A DNA stretch of 64,000 nucleotides from Terriglobia bacterium (GTDB lineage Bacteria; Acidobacteriota; Terriglobia; Versatilivoradales; Versatilivoraceae). Within the stretch, counting starts at the first letter, position 1, and each line of letters starts with the position of its first letter. This document shows positions 18,627-27,749 of this stretch, piece after piece. The notes below the pieces were generated by a model, which was not told where the DNA came from, did no database searches, and was given only the letters and a program-made list of their open reading frames with translations. The stretch covers positions 248,161 through 312,160 of the forward strand of contig OY762429.1 in the NCBI GenBank assembly GCA_963665655.1. The letters are read 5' to 3'. A program made the translations under genes and the position numbers.

Positions 18627-19637
18627 CTACAGTCGAAAATGGTCGAATCCGCCGGGCGAAAGAGGTTTCAGGCTTCCCCCTTCCCGAAGCCAACAGGTCC
18701 CGGGCTCATCGGTAATGCGCCCGATTTCGTGAATCCCCAAGCCGTCCAACCGGGCGGGAACCTGGTGCCGTCTCCCGCGAGGCACGGTGAACAGGAGCTC
18801 GTAGTCCTCACCACCGTTCAACCCATAGTCTAGCAGGGGCCGTTCCACCCAGGAACCGACTTTTGGGCTGATTCCGGGCAAGGGTATGCAGTCCGCTTCA
18901 ATCACGGCGCCCACCCGACTCGCTCGGCAAAGGTGGTGAAGGTCGGTAGAGAGCCCATCGCTCAAGTCGATAAGAGCGGAAGCACAACCCTTGGCGGCCA
19001 GCCAGCAACCCATGCGATTTCTGGGTATCGGCCGCAAATGTCTTCCCGCCAGGTGCGGATAGTAACGGGCCCGCCTGGGAACTCGCCGAAGCAACTCCAG
19101 TCCTATGGCCGAGGCCCCGAGCTTCCCGGTGACAAAAAGGCTGTCTCCGGGACGAGCATTGTCTCGAGTGCGTACCTGCTCCGATTTCACTTCTCCCAAC
19201 ATGGTCACGTCCAGGAACAAGGTTCCCGGAGACGCGCACAGGTCTCCTCCCAGAAGAACGGCCCCGCTGAGTTCAGCCAGCTTCAACATGCCTCGATAGA
19301 CCCGGGACACGAAGCCTGGCGGCGTTTCTTTCGGAAACGCCAACGAAGTGGTGAATCCCAAGGGCCTGCCTCCCATGGCGGCGATGTCGCTGAGATTAAC
19401 GGCCAGCGCCTTCCAACCCAGGTCCTCCGCTCGAAAGTAGTCCAGATCGAAATGGATTCCCTCTACCAGGGCATCGGTCGAAATCAGCAGCATGTGCCCC
19501 GGGGAGGGGACCAGGGCGGCGGCATCGTCGCCGAACGAGATGGAAACGTTTTCGGATGGTGAGAGAACTTGGCGGGCGAGGCGGTGAATGCGTTCGATCA
19601 GCCTGGTTTCACTCTGAGCGGAGGACCGGACCGCCAT
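18627..19637 (-). CDS. thiL: thiamine-monophosphate kinase
   Basis: SETRLIE, FGDDAA, STDALVEGIHF, GWKALAVNLSDIAAMGG, GGD, IDLSDGL and GGEDYELLFT. ATG at 19637. Confidence 0.95.
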   Translation of the reverse strand: MAVRSSAQSETRLIERIHRLARQVLSPSENVSISFGDDAAALVPSPGHMLLISTDALVEGIHFDLDYFRAEDLGWKALAVNLSDIAAMGGRPLGFTTSLAFPKETPPGFVSRVYRGMLKLAELSGAVLLGGDLCASPGTLFLDVTMLGEVKSEQVRTRDNARPGDSLFVTGKLGASAIGLELLRRVPRRARYYPHLAGRHLRPIPRNRMGCWLAAKGCASALIDLSDGLSTDLHHLCRASRVGAVIEADCIPLPGISPKVGSWVERPLLDYGLNGGEDYELLFTVPRGRRHQVPARLDGLGIHEIGRITDEPGTCWLREGGSLKPLSPGGFDHFRL

Positions 19638-19659
19638 GATCCTTACGTCCTCTGGAACT

Positions 19660-19718
19660 GCCGGCGCTCCCCGGAGTTCCATGGCATGGGGGAACTCCTG
19701 ATGCCGGCGTCCCGCGGG
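19660..19718. repeat. REP-like hairpin between nrdR and thiL
   Basis: GGAGTTCC (19673-80) / GGAACTCC (19691-98) stem flanked by GCCGGC copies. Confidence 0.45.
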
Positions 19719-19801
19719 AGTATTCGGGCATTGCGAAACGCGGTGGCCATGGTGGAGGGATCCATTGCCTCGAGTGCGGGCACGCCGCCGCACCGGGTCA
19801 G

Positions 19802-20266
19802 TCAGTCTGTTCTCTCAACTCTGAGCAGTTCCCGAAGCTCTGCCATAAACTCCTTGATGTCCTTGAAATCCAGGTACACCGAGGCATATCGCACATAGGC
19901 CACCTTGTCGAGCTGACGCAATCGCTCCATCAACATTTCCCCGATCTGAGCGGTTTGTCTCTCGCGGTCGCCGGATTCGTGAACAAAGGACTCGACTTCA
20001 TTCACGATGGATTCCAGTTGGTTCATGCTCACCGGACGCTTCTCACAGGCCTTCAACAGGCCCGCCATCAGCTTTTGCGGATCAAACCTCTCCCGAGAAC
20101 CATCCTTCTTGACTACCAGATAGGGAATCTCGTCGATCCTTTCGTAGCTGGTGAACCTGCGCCCGCAAAGCGCGCACTGGCGGCGGCGGCGGATAGCTTC
20201 CCCTTCCCTGCTCTCTCGGGAATCGACGACCTTGTCTTCAAGGTGACCACAATAGGGACACTTCAT
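19802..20266 (-). CDS. nrdR: transcriptional regulator NrdR
   Basis: MKCPYC Zn ribbon, DSRE, IRRRRQCALCGRRFTSYE, ATP-cone VVKKDGSRERFD, DKVAYVRYASVY. Confidence 0.97.
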   Translation of the reverse strand: MKCPYCGHLEDKVVDSRESREGEAIRRRRQCALCGRRFTSYERIDEIPYLVVKKDGSRERFDPQKLMAGLLKACEKRPVSMNQLESIVNEVESFVHESGDRERQTAQIGEMLMERLRQLDKVAYVRYASVYLDFKDIKEFMAELRELLRVERTD

Positions 20267-20711
20267 ATCGTTGGGTCGGGAGACTGGAGCCAATCCAAGT
20301 CAACAAGGGAGCCGCCACCCCAGGCTCCGGGAAAAGCCGCGACTAACCCTACACAGAAAGCCCTCCCCAGTCAAGGACGTGAACGGCTTAACCGTTGATG
20401 TGTCGAAGGTTAACCGATCCCGCTTCTTGCAAGCGGCTATTGGCTGCACCGCCGATGCCGCTCTGGACACAGGACGCGGACTCGACCGCCCTGAACCAAC
20501 GTTCAGGACCTGCTTCCGCAGGGAGACAAGCTCCTATCAGAGGTTGACACCTTCCCAACCATCCGCTATTTTCGACCCTCAGACGGACAGTATTGACCTT
20601 TGCGGACGTGATAAGTCATTTGCAGATAACAACTTTTGGGATCAGTCCGGTTGGCTGCCCGGACCTGTTCGCCAACGGCGCGGCTACCCCTGCGCTCGCG
20701 GGTTCCTACAG

Positions 20712-21296
20712 ATGACCGAAGCTCAAGCCATCGCTGGATGCGTCGCCGGCAACCCGCAGGCGTTCGAGGTGCTGTACAACATGCACAAGCGCCGGGTCTA
20801 CTCGCTCTGCTTGAGGATGGTACGCGATCCGGCCGAGGCGGAGGATCTGAGCCAGGAAGCCTTCATGCAACTCTTCAGGAAGATCGGCACCTTCCGGGGA
20901 GACTCGGCGTTTTCGACCTGGATGCATCGCCTGACCGTCAATATCATCCTGATGCGCATCAGAAAGAAGGGGCTGGACCAGGTCTCGCTGGACCAGGACC
21001 GCGACGACGGGCAGGATCTTCCCCCCAAGGAATATGGATCCGAGGATATCGACCTGCTGGGACTGGTGGACCGGATTACCCTGGAGAAGGCGATAGCGGC
21101 TCTGCCCCAAGGCTACCGCACCGTGTTTGTCCTGCACGACGTTGAAGGCTATGAACACAACGAGATTGCCCGGATTTTGGGTTGTTCGGTCGGAAACTCC
21201 AAGTCGCAGCTCTTCAAGGCACGGCTCAAACTCAGGTCCCTTTTGCTGGACAAGAAGCCAAAATTGGAAAAAAAACAACTCAAGGCATCACGATAG
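20712..21296 (+). CDS. ECF RNA polymerase sigma factor
   Basis: AFEVLYNMHKRRVYSLC, AEDLSQEAF, FSTWMHRLTVN, YRTVFVLHDVEGYEHNEIA and SKSQLFKAR (sigma70 regions 2 and 4). Confidence 0.93.
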   Translation: MTEAQAIAGCVAGNPQAFEVLYNMHKRRVYSLCLRMVRDPAEAEDLSQEAFMQLFRKIGTFRGDSAFSTWMHRLTVNIILMRIRKKGLDQVSLDQDRDDGQDLPPKEYGSEDIDLLGLVDRITLEKAIAALPQGYRTVFVLHDVEGYEHNEIARILGCSVGNSKSQLFKARLKLRSLLLDKKPKLEKKQLKASR

Positions 21297-21369
21297 CGGT
21301 TTTTTGTATCTAACTTAACGGTGGTTAGCCACTTTTCAGGTTCCACTCGGGTTGGTCGAGGAAAACCCA

Positions 21370-22059
21370 ATGATCAATTGTCCTGATTTGCAAGAAGATG
21401 TCTCGTTGTGGGTGGATGGCGAACTGGATCTCACGCGGGCCGAGACGGTTAAGCGACATCTCGAGTGCTGCCCCGAGTGCGCCGCTTTCCATCGGGATAT
21501 GAATGCCATCCGACAAGGTGTGGAAAGACTGGAGCCCATCGAGCCGCCCGATCGCCTGTGGAAGAGCATCCGATTCCAGCTCGAAGCCGAAGGGCTCATT
21601 CGTTCCGAGCCCAAGGAGTCCTTCTGGGCCGCGATTCTACCCAAGCGCCTGCCTGGCTTGAAACCTGCCTGGAGCGGTGCTATATTGGCCTTGTTTCTCG
21701 GGATCGGGTCGCTGCTGGTCTACGATTTGTCGACCCGCTCGCCGGTGGTTCCGATTCCCGTGGCTTCGACCTCCCACCAGGAGGCCGTTCTCGAGGAGCT
21801 CCGAAGGGCGGAGGCCAACTACCGGGCCGCCATCGAGGCGCTCAGCGCAAGCTCCCGAAAGAAGCTCGAGAGCCTGGATCCAGTGCTGGCGCAGGTGTTT
21901 CACGACAACCTGGCGACCATGGATTACTACCTGAACGAGTGCAAGCGGGCGGTGGAGAACAGCCCGCAAAATCCGCTGGCCCAGCGGTACCTCTTGGCCG
22001 CCTATCAAAAGAAAGTCGAGTTGATGCAGACCATTGTGACCTCGGATTCATTGTTATAA
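21370..22059 (+). CDS. zf-HC2 anti-sigma factor (membrane-anchored)
   Basis: C...VSLWVDGEL...HLECCPECA zinc motif, central TM helix, C-terminal helical domain. Directly downstream of the ECF sigma. Confidence 0.88.
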   Translation: MINCPDLQEDVSLWVDGELDLTRAETVKRHLECCPECAAFHRDMNAIRQGVERLEPIEPPDRLWKSIRFQLEAEGLIRSEPKESFWAAILPKRLPGLKPAWSGAILALFLGIGSLLVYDLSTRSPVVPIPVASTSHQEAVLEELRRAEANYRAAIEALSASSRKKLESLDPVLAQVFHDNLATMDYYLNECKRAVENSPQNPLAQRYLLAAYQKKVELMQTIVTSDSLL

Positions 22060-22068
22060 CTCCTGAAC

Positions 22069-22962
22069 ATGAGAGGTTTTGCAACCGCGATCATGACCCA
22101 CCGCCAAACTCTCCTGACCGTGTCAGCGGCTCTGATGCTGGCGCTTCCCGCGACCGCAGCCCCGCACGACCATCGCGAGGAAAAGATCTTCAACGTCGGC
22201 GATTCGCCCACCATCATCCTTGTGAACTATTCCGGCAGGATCTCCGTCGAGGGCGGCAAGAACAAGGTGGTGACGGTGATTGGGATGAGGCGTTCGGAGA
22301 ATGTCGAAATCGATACCGAAGTCGGACCCAACCGGGTGCGGATCACCAGCCACGTGCTGGACGAGCTGGCCACCGCCGAAAATACGGTGGTGGACTATGA
22401 GCTCTACGTTCCGGAACAATCGAACCTGGAGATTCGATCCAACATGGGCGTCGTTACGGTACACAACATTCGAGGTCAGGTCAGCGTGGACGTGGTTGAG
22501 GCAGAGGTCAAGGTGGCCGGGGTCGAGGGTTACGTCAATGCCTCCTCGATCGGGCGGAAGGCCGTCGAGGTCACCCAGTCCAAGGGAACCATTCACGCCA
22601 CCACGGTGACTGGAGACATTGTGCTGGACCAGTTGGAAAGCGACAATGTCAAGGCCAACTCGACTCTCGGCAACATCACCTATAAAGGGGATTTCATGGG
22701 GGGAGGCTCATACAATCTTTCCAGCACCGACGGTCAGATTTCGGTCATCTGCGACGAGGAAGCCTCGGTGGAGTGGGAAGCCCGGACGGTCAAGGGAAGC
22801 ATCAAGACCAACCTTCCCATCAAGTCGAAGCAGCACCGGCCGCTGTGGCGTGACCGCCATTCGCTATTGGGCACCCTGAACGAAGGTGCGGCAACCGTGC
22901 AGCTCTCCACCTTCAGTGGCCCGATCCAGATCAAACGCCAGTCTTCAGAGGAAGAGTTCTAG
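22069..22962 (+). CDS. DUF4097 family beta-strand repeat protein
   Basis: Signal peptide and repeated S/T-x-x-G-x-I strands (NYSGRI, SNMGVV, TVTGDI, STLGNI, STDGQI, TFSGPI). Confidence 0.85.
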   Translation: MRGFATAIMTHRQTLLTVSAALMLALPATAAPHDHREEKIFNVGDSPTIILVNYSGRISVEGGKNKVVTVIGMRRSENVEIDTEVGPNRVRITSHVLDELATAENTVVDYELYVPEQSNLEIRSNMGVVTVHNIRGQVSVDVVEAEVKVAGVEGYVNASSIGRKAVEVTQSKGTIHATTVTGDIVLDQLESDNVKANSTLGNITYKGDFMGGGSYNLSSTDGQISVICDEEASVEWEARTVKGSIKTNLPIKSKQHRPLWRDRHSLLGTLNEGAATVQLSTFSGPIQIKRQSSEEEF

Positions 22963-23001
22963 CCCCTATTTCTCCAACCCCGCTGAGCTTCACTGAAGGC
23001 A

Positions 23002-23030
23002 AGCCCAAGCCCTCTTGGGCTATTTTTTTT
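23002..23030 (+). terminator. rho-independent terminator
   Basis: AGCCCAAG-CCCT-CTTGGGCT stem-loop followed by A and a T8 tract, downstream of the DUF4097 gene. Confidence 0.8.
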
Positions 23031-23034
23031 GCAA

Positions 23035-23577
23035 ATGGAAAGAGACCGTGTCTTTCTGGTCGGCTTCATGGGCTCAGGGAAGTCCACCGTGGGACCGTTG
23101 CTGGCCAAGCGCCTCGATTGGCCTTTCCTGGACCTGGACTCCATGATCGAGGCCTCCTTCGGTGGTCCCATCCACCGAATTTTTGCACACCACGGCGAAC
23201 CCGTCTTCCGTCAGATGGAACGCGATGCGTTGAGGAATCTGGGGCAGTGGAAGAACTGCGTCGCAGCACTGGGGGGTGGTGCATTTGCGGACCCGGGGAA
23301 CCGTCTCCAAGTCAGTAAACTGGGACTATCGGTATTTCTCGACCTGTCCCTGGAGAGTGTGCTGGAGCGATGCCCCCCGGACGGCACCCGACCGCTCCTG
23401 AAGGATCCGGCTTCAGTACGGGAGCTCTACGCCTCCCGTTTGCCCCTGTACCGTCTGAGTGATTTTGAGGTCGACGCCTCCTTGCCCCCTGATACAATAG
23501 TGAGCGCCATCCTGGAAGAGACCCGTTTGCAGCCCTCACCGAGACACCCTGCTATCCCTCCCGACCATGGGCGGTAG
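23035..23577 (+). CDS. aroK: shikimate kinase
   Basis: FLVGFMGSGKSTVG P-loop, DLD, GEPVFRQME, ALGGGAF, TRPLL and RLPLY. Confidence 0.94.
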   Translation: MERDRVFLVGFMGSGKSTVGPLLAKRLDWPFLDLDSMIEASFGGPIHRIFAHHGEPVFRQMERDALRNLGQWKNCVAALGGGAFADPGNRLQVSKLGLSVFLDLSLESVLERCPPDGTRPLLKDPASVRELYASRLPLYRLSDFEVDASLPPDTIVSAILEETRLQPSPRHPAIPPDHGR

Positions 23578-23820
23578 CCCGCATGTCTCACCAAGCCGAT
23601 GAGCCTATGATAGAGCAGCTTTCGTTTTTGACATCTTGCAGCGCTTCGATTGGAGTCTTCAGCGTACGACTGTGCTGGGCGTGCCCTGGCTGGTTCTTTT
23701 CCCCTCAGCGCGCACATGCTCCCTCGACCGTAGAAACCGCTACGCTCTTCGGTCGCGAGCACCCGCTGAAGGGAAAATTCCAGCGCCATCATCACGCCCC
23801 CTGGTGAGACATGCGGGCTA
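23575..23820. mobile_element. MITE: 242 bp plus TA target duplication, perfect 17-bp TIRs (19 bp with TA)
   Basis: TAGCCCGCATGTCTCACCA (23575-23593) and TGGTGAGACATGCGGGCTA (23802-23820) are exact reverse complements. Removing the element and one TA restores an in-frame ATG GGC GGT AGG CCA start for the downstream gene. Confidence 0.85.
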
Positions 23821-24650
23821 GGCCAACCATCCTGCTTACGCTGCTGCTGTTTCTGCATCCATACGGCCTGCTGGCGGAAGGCCCCACGCACCTGCTCCAA
23901 CAGGGGGAGTGCGAGGAGTTGGAGGAGGACCAGGAGCCTCCGCCGATCACATACTCCGGACCCGAACTCGGCCGTTTCCGGGTTTTTTTCGCAGGAAAGG
24001 AAATCGGCCACGAAGACTTCGAGATTTCGGGAAGCGCCAATCGAATCGAAGCCAGCAGCCTCACCCAGCTCACCATCACCCGGGAAGACCCCGTGGAGCC
24101 CCCGGAATATCTGGACGAGGAAGATTACGAGGAATCCCCTCCCCCGGACCGTCCGCCCGCTGAACCGGTGACCTTCCGAATCCAATCCACCCTGCGCTTC
24201 AATGACCTGTTTGAACCGCAGGATTACGAAGTCGTGCAGGATGCGGGCCCCAATCGCATGAGGGCCAAGGTCCAGTTTCTTCCGGATCGAAGTCGTGTTT
24301 CCTATGTTTCGGATGAAGGTGTCGACCGGAAGAGAATCGAATTGAGAAGGGATGTGACCGTCCTGGACGACAACGTCTTTCACCACTATCTGATTCTCTC
24401 CAAACGGTACGATCTCTGCCGGGGCGGCATTCAGGAGTTCTCCGCCTTCGTTCCGCAGCAGTTCCTGGCTGGAGGAGTCAGTGTGTCCGAAATCGGTAAA
24501 GAAGAAGTCGAAATCGAGGATCAATCCCATTGGCTGCGGCGCTTCCTGGTCGACACAGGGGAACTTAAAGTCAATTTCTGGCTGGACAGTAACCTGAAGC
24601 TCAAGAAACTCGCCATTCCGGATTCCGAGGTCGAGGTCGTCCGGGAATAG
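23811..24650 (+). CDS. exported hypothetical protein (beta-rich, DUF6134/DUF3108-like)
   Basis: Signal peptide, acidic Pro-rich insertion, GRFRVFFAGKEIGHEDF...LDDNVFHHY...NFWLDSNLKLKKLAIP. The current ATG lies inside the MITE TIR. Confidence 0.75.
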   Translation: MRARPTILLTLLLFLHPYGLLAEGPTHLLQQGECEELEEDQEPPPITYSGPELGRFRVFFAGKEIGHEDFEISGSANRIEASSLTQLTITREDPVEPPEYLDEEDYEESPPPDRPPAEPVTFRIQSTLRFNDLFEPQDYEVVQDAGPNRMRAKVQFLPDRSRVSYVSDEGVDRKRIELRRDVTVLDDNVFHHYLILSKRYDLCRGGIQEFSAFVPQQFLAGGVSVSEIGKEEVEIEDQSHWLRRFLVDTGELKVNFWLDSNLKLKKLAIPDSEVEVVRE

Positions 24651-24664
24651 ACCGCCTGCTCTCC

Positions 24665-25636
24665 ATGACCCACCGTCGCCCATGCCTAGGTGTTGCCGCA
24701 GGCCTCACCGGTTTGCTCCTTTTCGGAGTCTTCGCCGTCCATCATTCGGGGCAAAGTCTCCGCTTGAGCGGCGATCGGGCATTCTCCCATGTGGAACGCC
24801 TGGTTGCCTTCGGACCCCGACCGCCGGCGTCGCCCGGCATAAGGAAGGCCCAGGAGTACATCACGGACGTTTTGCGTCGACTCCCCCTCGAGGTCGAACA
24901 TCAGAACCTGCTGGCTTCGACCCCCAATGGCAACATCCCCATGAAGAACATCATTGGACGCTCGCGGGGGGACAGGAGCCGGGTGGTGATTCTGGCCAGC
25001 CACTACGATACCCACTTGATGCCGGGCGGGGTCTTTGTGGGAGCCAACGACGGAGGGTCCAGCGTGGGGTTGTTGCTGGAACTGGCAAGGGTGCTGTCCC
25101 TCCGGAAACTGAACTTTTCCTTGTGGTTCGTCTTTTTTGACGGAGAAGAAGCCCAGAAGGCCTGGTCGCGCACCGACAGCCTTTACGGGAGCCGATACTT
25201 TGTGCAACGTCTCAGAGCCAGTGGTCAAACCGGTAGAATCAAGGCCATGATCCTGATGGACATGGTGGGAGACAAGGACCTCGTGCTGGAGCACGACCTG
25301 AACTCGACCCCCTGGCTGATGGGCCTGGTGCAAGAATCCGCCACCGAGTTGGGCTTTGGACAACACCTTTCCGGTAATCCGATGGCCGTGCTGGACGACC
25401 ACATCCCATTTACCGAGGTGGGTATCCCGGCGGTGGATCTGATCGATTTCAAATTCGGACCGAACAACCGCTACTGGCACACACCGCAGGACACGCTGGA
25501 CAAGATCAGCCCCCAAAGCATGGAGCGGGTGGGACAGATCGTACTGAGGACTCTCGAAAAGCTTTCAGCCCGGGGAGTGGAGAGTGAAGAGTGGAGAGTG
25601 GAGAGTGAAGAGTGGAGAGTGGAGAGTGGAGAGTGA
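24665..25636 (+). CDS. M28 family peptidase / glutaminyl cyclase-like protein
   Basis: FGPRPPAS, ILASHYDT, GANDGGSS, FFDGEE, LMDMVGD, DDHIPF and WHTPQDT. The C-terminus runs into a heptamer tandem repeat. Confidence 0.92.
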   Translation: MTHRRPCLGVAAGLTGLLLFGVFAVHHSGQSLRLSGDRAFSHVERLVAFGPRPPASPGIRKAQEYITDVLRRLPLEVEHQNLLASTPNGNIPMKNIIGRSRGDRSRVVILASHYDTHLMPGGVFVGANDGGSSVGLLLELARVLSLRKLNFSLWFVFFDGEEAQKAWSRTDSLYGSRYFVQRLRASGQTGRIKAMILMDMVGDKDLVLEHDLNSTPWLMGLVQESATELGFGQHLSGNPMAVLDDHIPFTEVGIPAVDLIDFKFGPNNRYWHTPQDTLDKISPQSMERVGQIVLRTLEKLSARGVESEEWRVESEEWRVESGE

Positions 25637-25726
25637 AGAGTGAAGAGTGGAGAGTGGAGAGTGGAGAGTGAAGAGTGGAGAGTGAAGAGTGGAGAGTGAA
25701 GAGTGAAGAGTGGAGAGTGGAGAGTG
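25573..25726. repeat. heptamer tandem repeat (RAGAGTG)n
   Basis: 21 consecutive GAGAGTG/AAGAGTG units at 25580-25726, plus a degenerate unit before them. Confidence 0.97.
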
Positions 25727-25864
25727 GAGAACGGTTAGCCGAGGGTTTCGGGAACAGGCGAGCACCTGATGACCTGACTGCGCCTGCTTGATGCAACCCC
25801 GTTTCGCGCTGCACGCGACGGGGTACAAAGAGGCGAAACCGGGGTGTTCCAGGCAGGGGAAGAA

Positions 25865-26443
25865 CTACTTGATGAACTCCAGAAACTCGCTGCGGGTCTT
25901 GCTGTCGCTCTTGAAGCGGCCGAGCATACAACTGGTGACGGTCTGACTGTTCTGTTTCTGCACCCCGCGCATCATCATGCAGAAATGATAGGCTTCAATG
26001 ACCACGCCCACACCCTTCGGCTCCAGGTACTTCTTGACCGTGGATGCGATTTCCGTAGTGAGGCGTTCCTGAATTTGCAACCGCCGGCTAAAGACATCCA
26101 CGATTCGAGCCATCTTGCTTAGTCCGATGACCCTGCGATCCGGGAGGTAAGCCAGGTGGCACTTGCCATAAAAGGGCAGAAGGTGGTGCTCGCAAAGGCT
26201 GTAGACCTCAATGTCCTTGACGATCACCATTTCGTCGTATTCGGCTTCAAACAGCGCCCCATTGATCACCGAATCCACGTCGCGCTGGTAGCCCTGAGTC
26301 AGGAACTGGAGACTGGCCGCCACCCGCTCGGGAGTGCGCTCCAACCCGGAACGCTGTGCATCTTCGCCCAAGTGGCCAAGCATTTGGCGCACCAGCCCGG
26401 TTAGTGCCGCGGCGTGATCCTCCGGTTGAGACTTCATCAGCAT
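25865..26443 (-). CDS. folE: GTP cyclohydrolase I
   Basis: [51 protein letters not shown]. Confidence 0.97.
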   Translation of the reverse strand: MLMKSQPEDHAAALTGLVRQMLGHLGEDAQRSGLERTPERVAASLQFLTQGYQRDVDSVINGALFEAEYDEMVIVKDIEVYSLCEHHLLPFYGKCHLAYLPDRRVIGLSKMARIVDVFSRRLQIQERLTTEIASTVKKYLEPKGVGVVIEAYHFCMMMRGVQKQNSQTVTSCMLGRFKSDSKTRSEFLEFIK

Positions 26444-26487
26444 GAATCACACCTCCAGTGAGCCTCCGGCCGGAACCGAAAAACCGG

Positions 26488-27723
26488 CTAGAAGATCTTG
26501 TCGCTCCAACCCTCCAGCCTGGCCTTGAGGCCGGAAAGGAACCGGTCCGCCACGGCCCCGTCAATTAGCCGGTGATCGAAGGTTAGCGATAGATACGCCA
26601 TTGAGCGGATGCCAATGGCATCGTTGATCACAACCGCCCGCTTGGTGACGGCGCCGACACATAGAATTGCGACCTGGGGCTGATTGATGATGGGCGTTCC
26701 GATCAAGCTGCCAAACACCCCGGGATTGGTGAGGGTGAAGGTCCCACCCTGCACTTCGTCCGGACTGAGCTGCTTCCGGCGGGCCCGATGGGACAAGTCG
26801 GCTAGCTCCCTGGCCAATCCCACCAGAGTCTTCTGCTGAGCCTGCCGGATGACGGGTACGATCAACCCCCAGTCCAACGCCACGGCAACACCCAGGTTGA
26901 TGTCCTTCTTGTAAACGATGTCGTTGCCCGCCATCGAGGCATTCAGTATGGGAAAGTCCTTCAGGCTGTCGGCAACTCCCTTGACAAAGAAGGGCGTCAA
27001 GGACAGCTTGAAACCTTCCCGGCGGGCAAACTCATCACCCTTCGCCTCCTTGAGTCTCAAGACGGCAGTCATGTCCACTTCGAAAATGGACGTGACATGA
27101 GCCGAAGTGCGACGGCTGCTGATCATGTGTTCAGCAATGCTCCTGCGCATGGCTGTCATCGGAACGACTTCGTCCTGATCGGTGGGAGCCGGCCCCAGCC
27201 CCTCCTGAGCCTGCTGAACCAGCGGTCGAGTGACCTCGGCGATCCGCTCCCGCTCTGACAGATAGTTCAGGATGTCCCGCTTGGTGATCCGTCCTCCCAG
27301 ACCGGTCCCCTCAATTTCCCTCAGGTCGATTCCCTCTTCCTGAGCCAGGCGCCGCACCAGCGGGGAGGCTCGTATTCCACGTCGCGGGCCAGCAGCTTCA
27401 GGTTTTAGATTCCGCCCGGGAGTCTGCTCGGACTCTTGGGGGAGAACCGTATTTCCGGCCCCCGCGGCATCCTGCACTGCGCCTCCTTCGTCATCGATAA
27501 CGGCGACTACGGTGTTGATCTCGACGGTCTCTCCTTCCTGGAACAGGATCTCTCTGAGGATACCCGAGGCAGACGCCGGTATCTCGGAATCCACCTTGTC
27601 GGTGGAAATTTCAAAGAGAGGCTCATCTCGTTCCACCCGGTCACCCACATTCTTGAGCCACCTGGTGATCGTGCCTTCGAAGATGCTTTCCCCCATCTGG
27701 GGCATGATGACGTTGGACGGCAT
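26488..27723 (-). CDS. 2-oxoacid dehydrogenase E2 (dihydrolipoamide acyltransferase)
   Basis: Lipoyl domain MPQMGESIFEG...EISTDKVDSEI, E3-binding ASPLVRRLA...GTGLGGRITKRD, catalytic TPIINQPQVAIL and DHRLIDG. Confidence 0.95.
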   Translation of the reverse strand: MPSNVIMPQMGESIFEGTITRWLKNVGDRVERDEPLFEISTDKVDSEIPASASGILREILFQEGETVEINTVVAVIDDEGGAVQDAAGAGNTVLPQESEQTPGRNLKPEAAGPRRGIRASPLVRRLAQEEGIDLREIEGTGLGGRITKRDILNYLSERERIAEVTRPLVQQAQEGLGPAPTDQDEVVPMTAMRRSIAEHMISSRRTSAHVTSIFEVDMTAVLRLKEAKGDEFARREGFKLSLTPFFVKGVADSLKDFPILNASMAGNDIVYKKDINLGVAVALDWGLIVPVIRQAQQKTLVGLARELADLSHRARRKQLSPDEVQGGTFTLTNPGVFGSLIGTPIINQPQVAILCVGAVTKRAVVINDAIGIRSMAYLSLTFDHRLIDGAVADRFLSGLKARLEGWSDKIF

Positions 27724-27749
27724 GGACTTCTCCGACTTGGACGACGGAA

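Noticed and set aside
19638-19801. TPP riboswitch upstream of thiL
   Set aside because: The conserved CTGAGA and ACCTGA...GCGTAGG elements are absent. The hairpin looks REP-like.
20271-20711. Long N-terminal extensions of ORF-track calls (ECF sigma; likewise thiL, fusA, rplE, rplN, rpsS, rpmC)
   Set aside because: These come from upstream alternative start codons. Family-typical N-termini and RBS positions support the shorter starts given in the features.
23583-23807. 74-aa ORF inside the MITE as a possible transposase
   Set aside because: Too short, with no DDE or HUH motif. The element is non-autonomous.
25573-25726. Possible CRISPR array
   Set aside because: Contiguous 7-mers with no unique spacers and no cas genes. 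It is a microsatellite.
25796-25845. Hairpin between the convergent M28 peptidase and folE genes as a novel element
   Set aside because: An imperfect GC stem between convergent genes is most simply an ordinary terminator-like structure.
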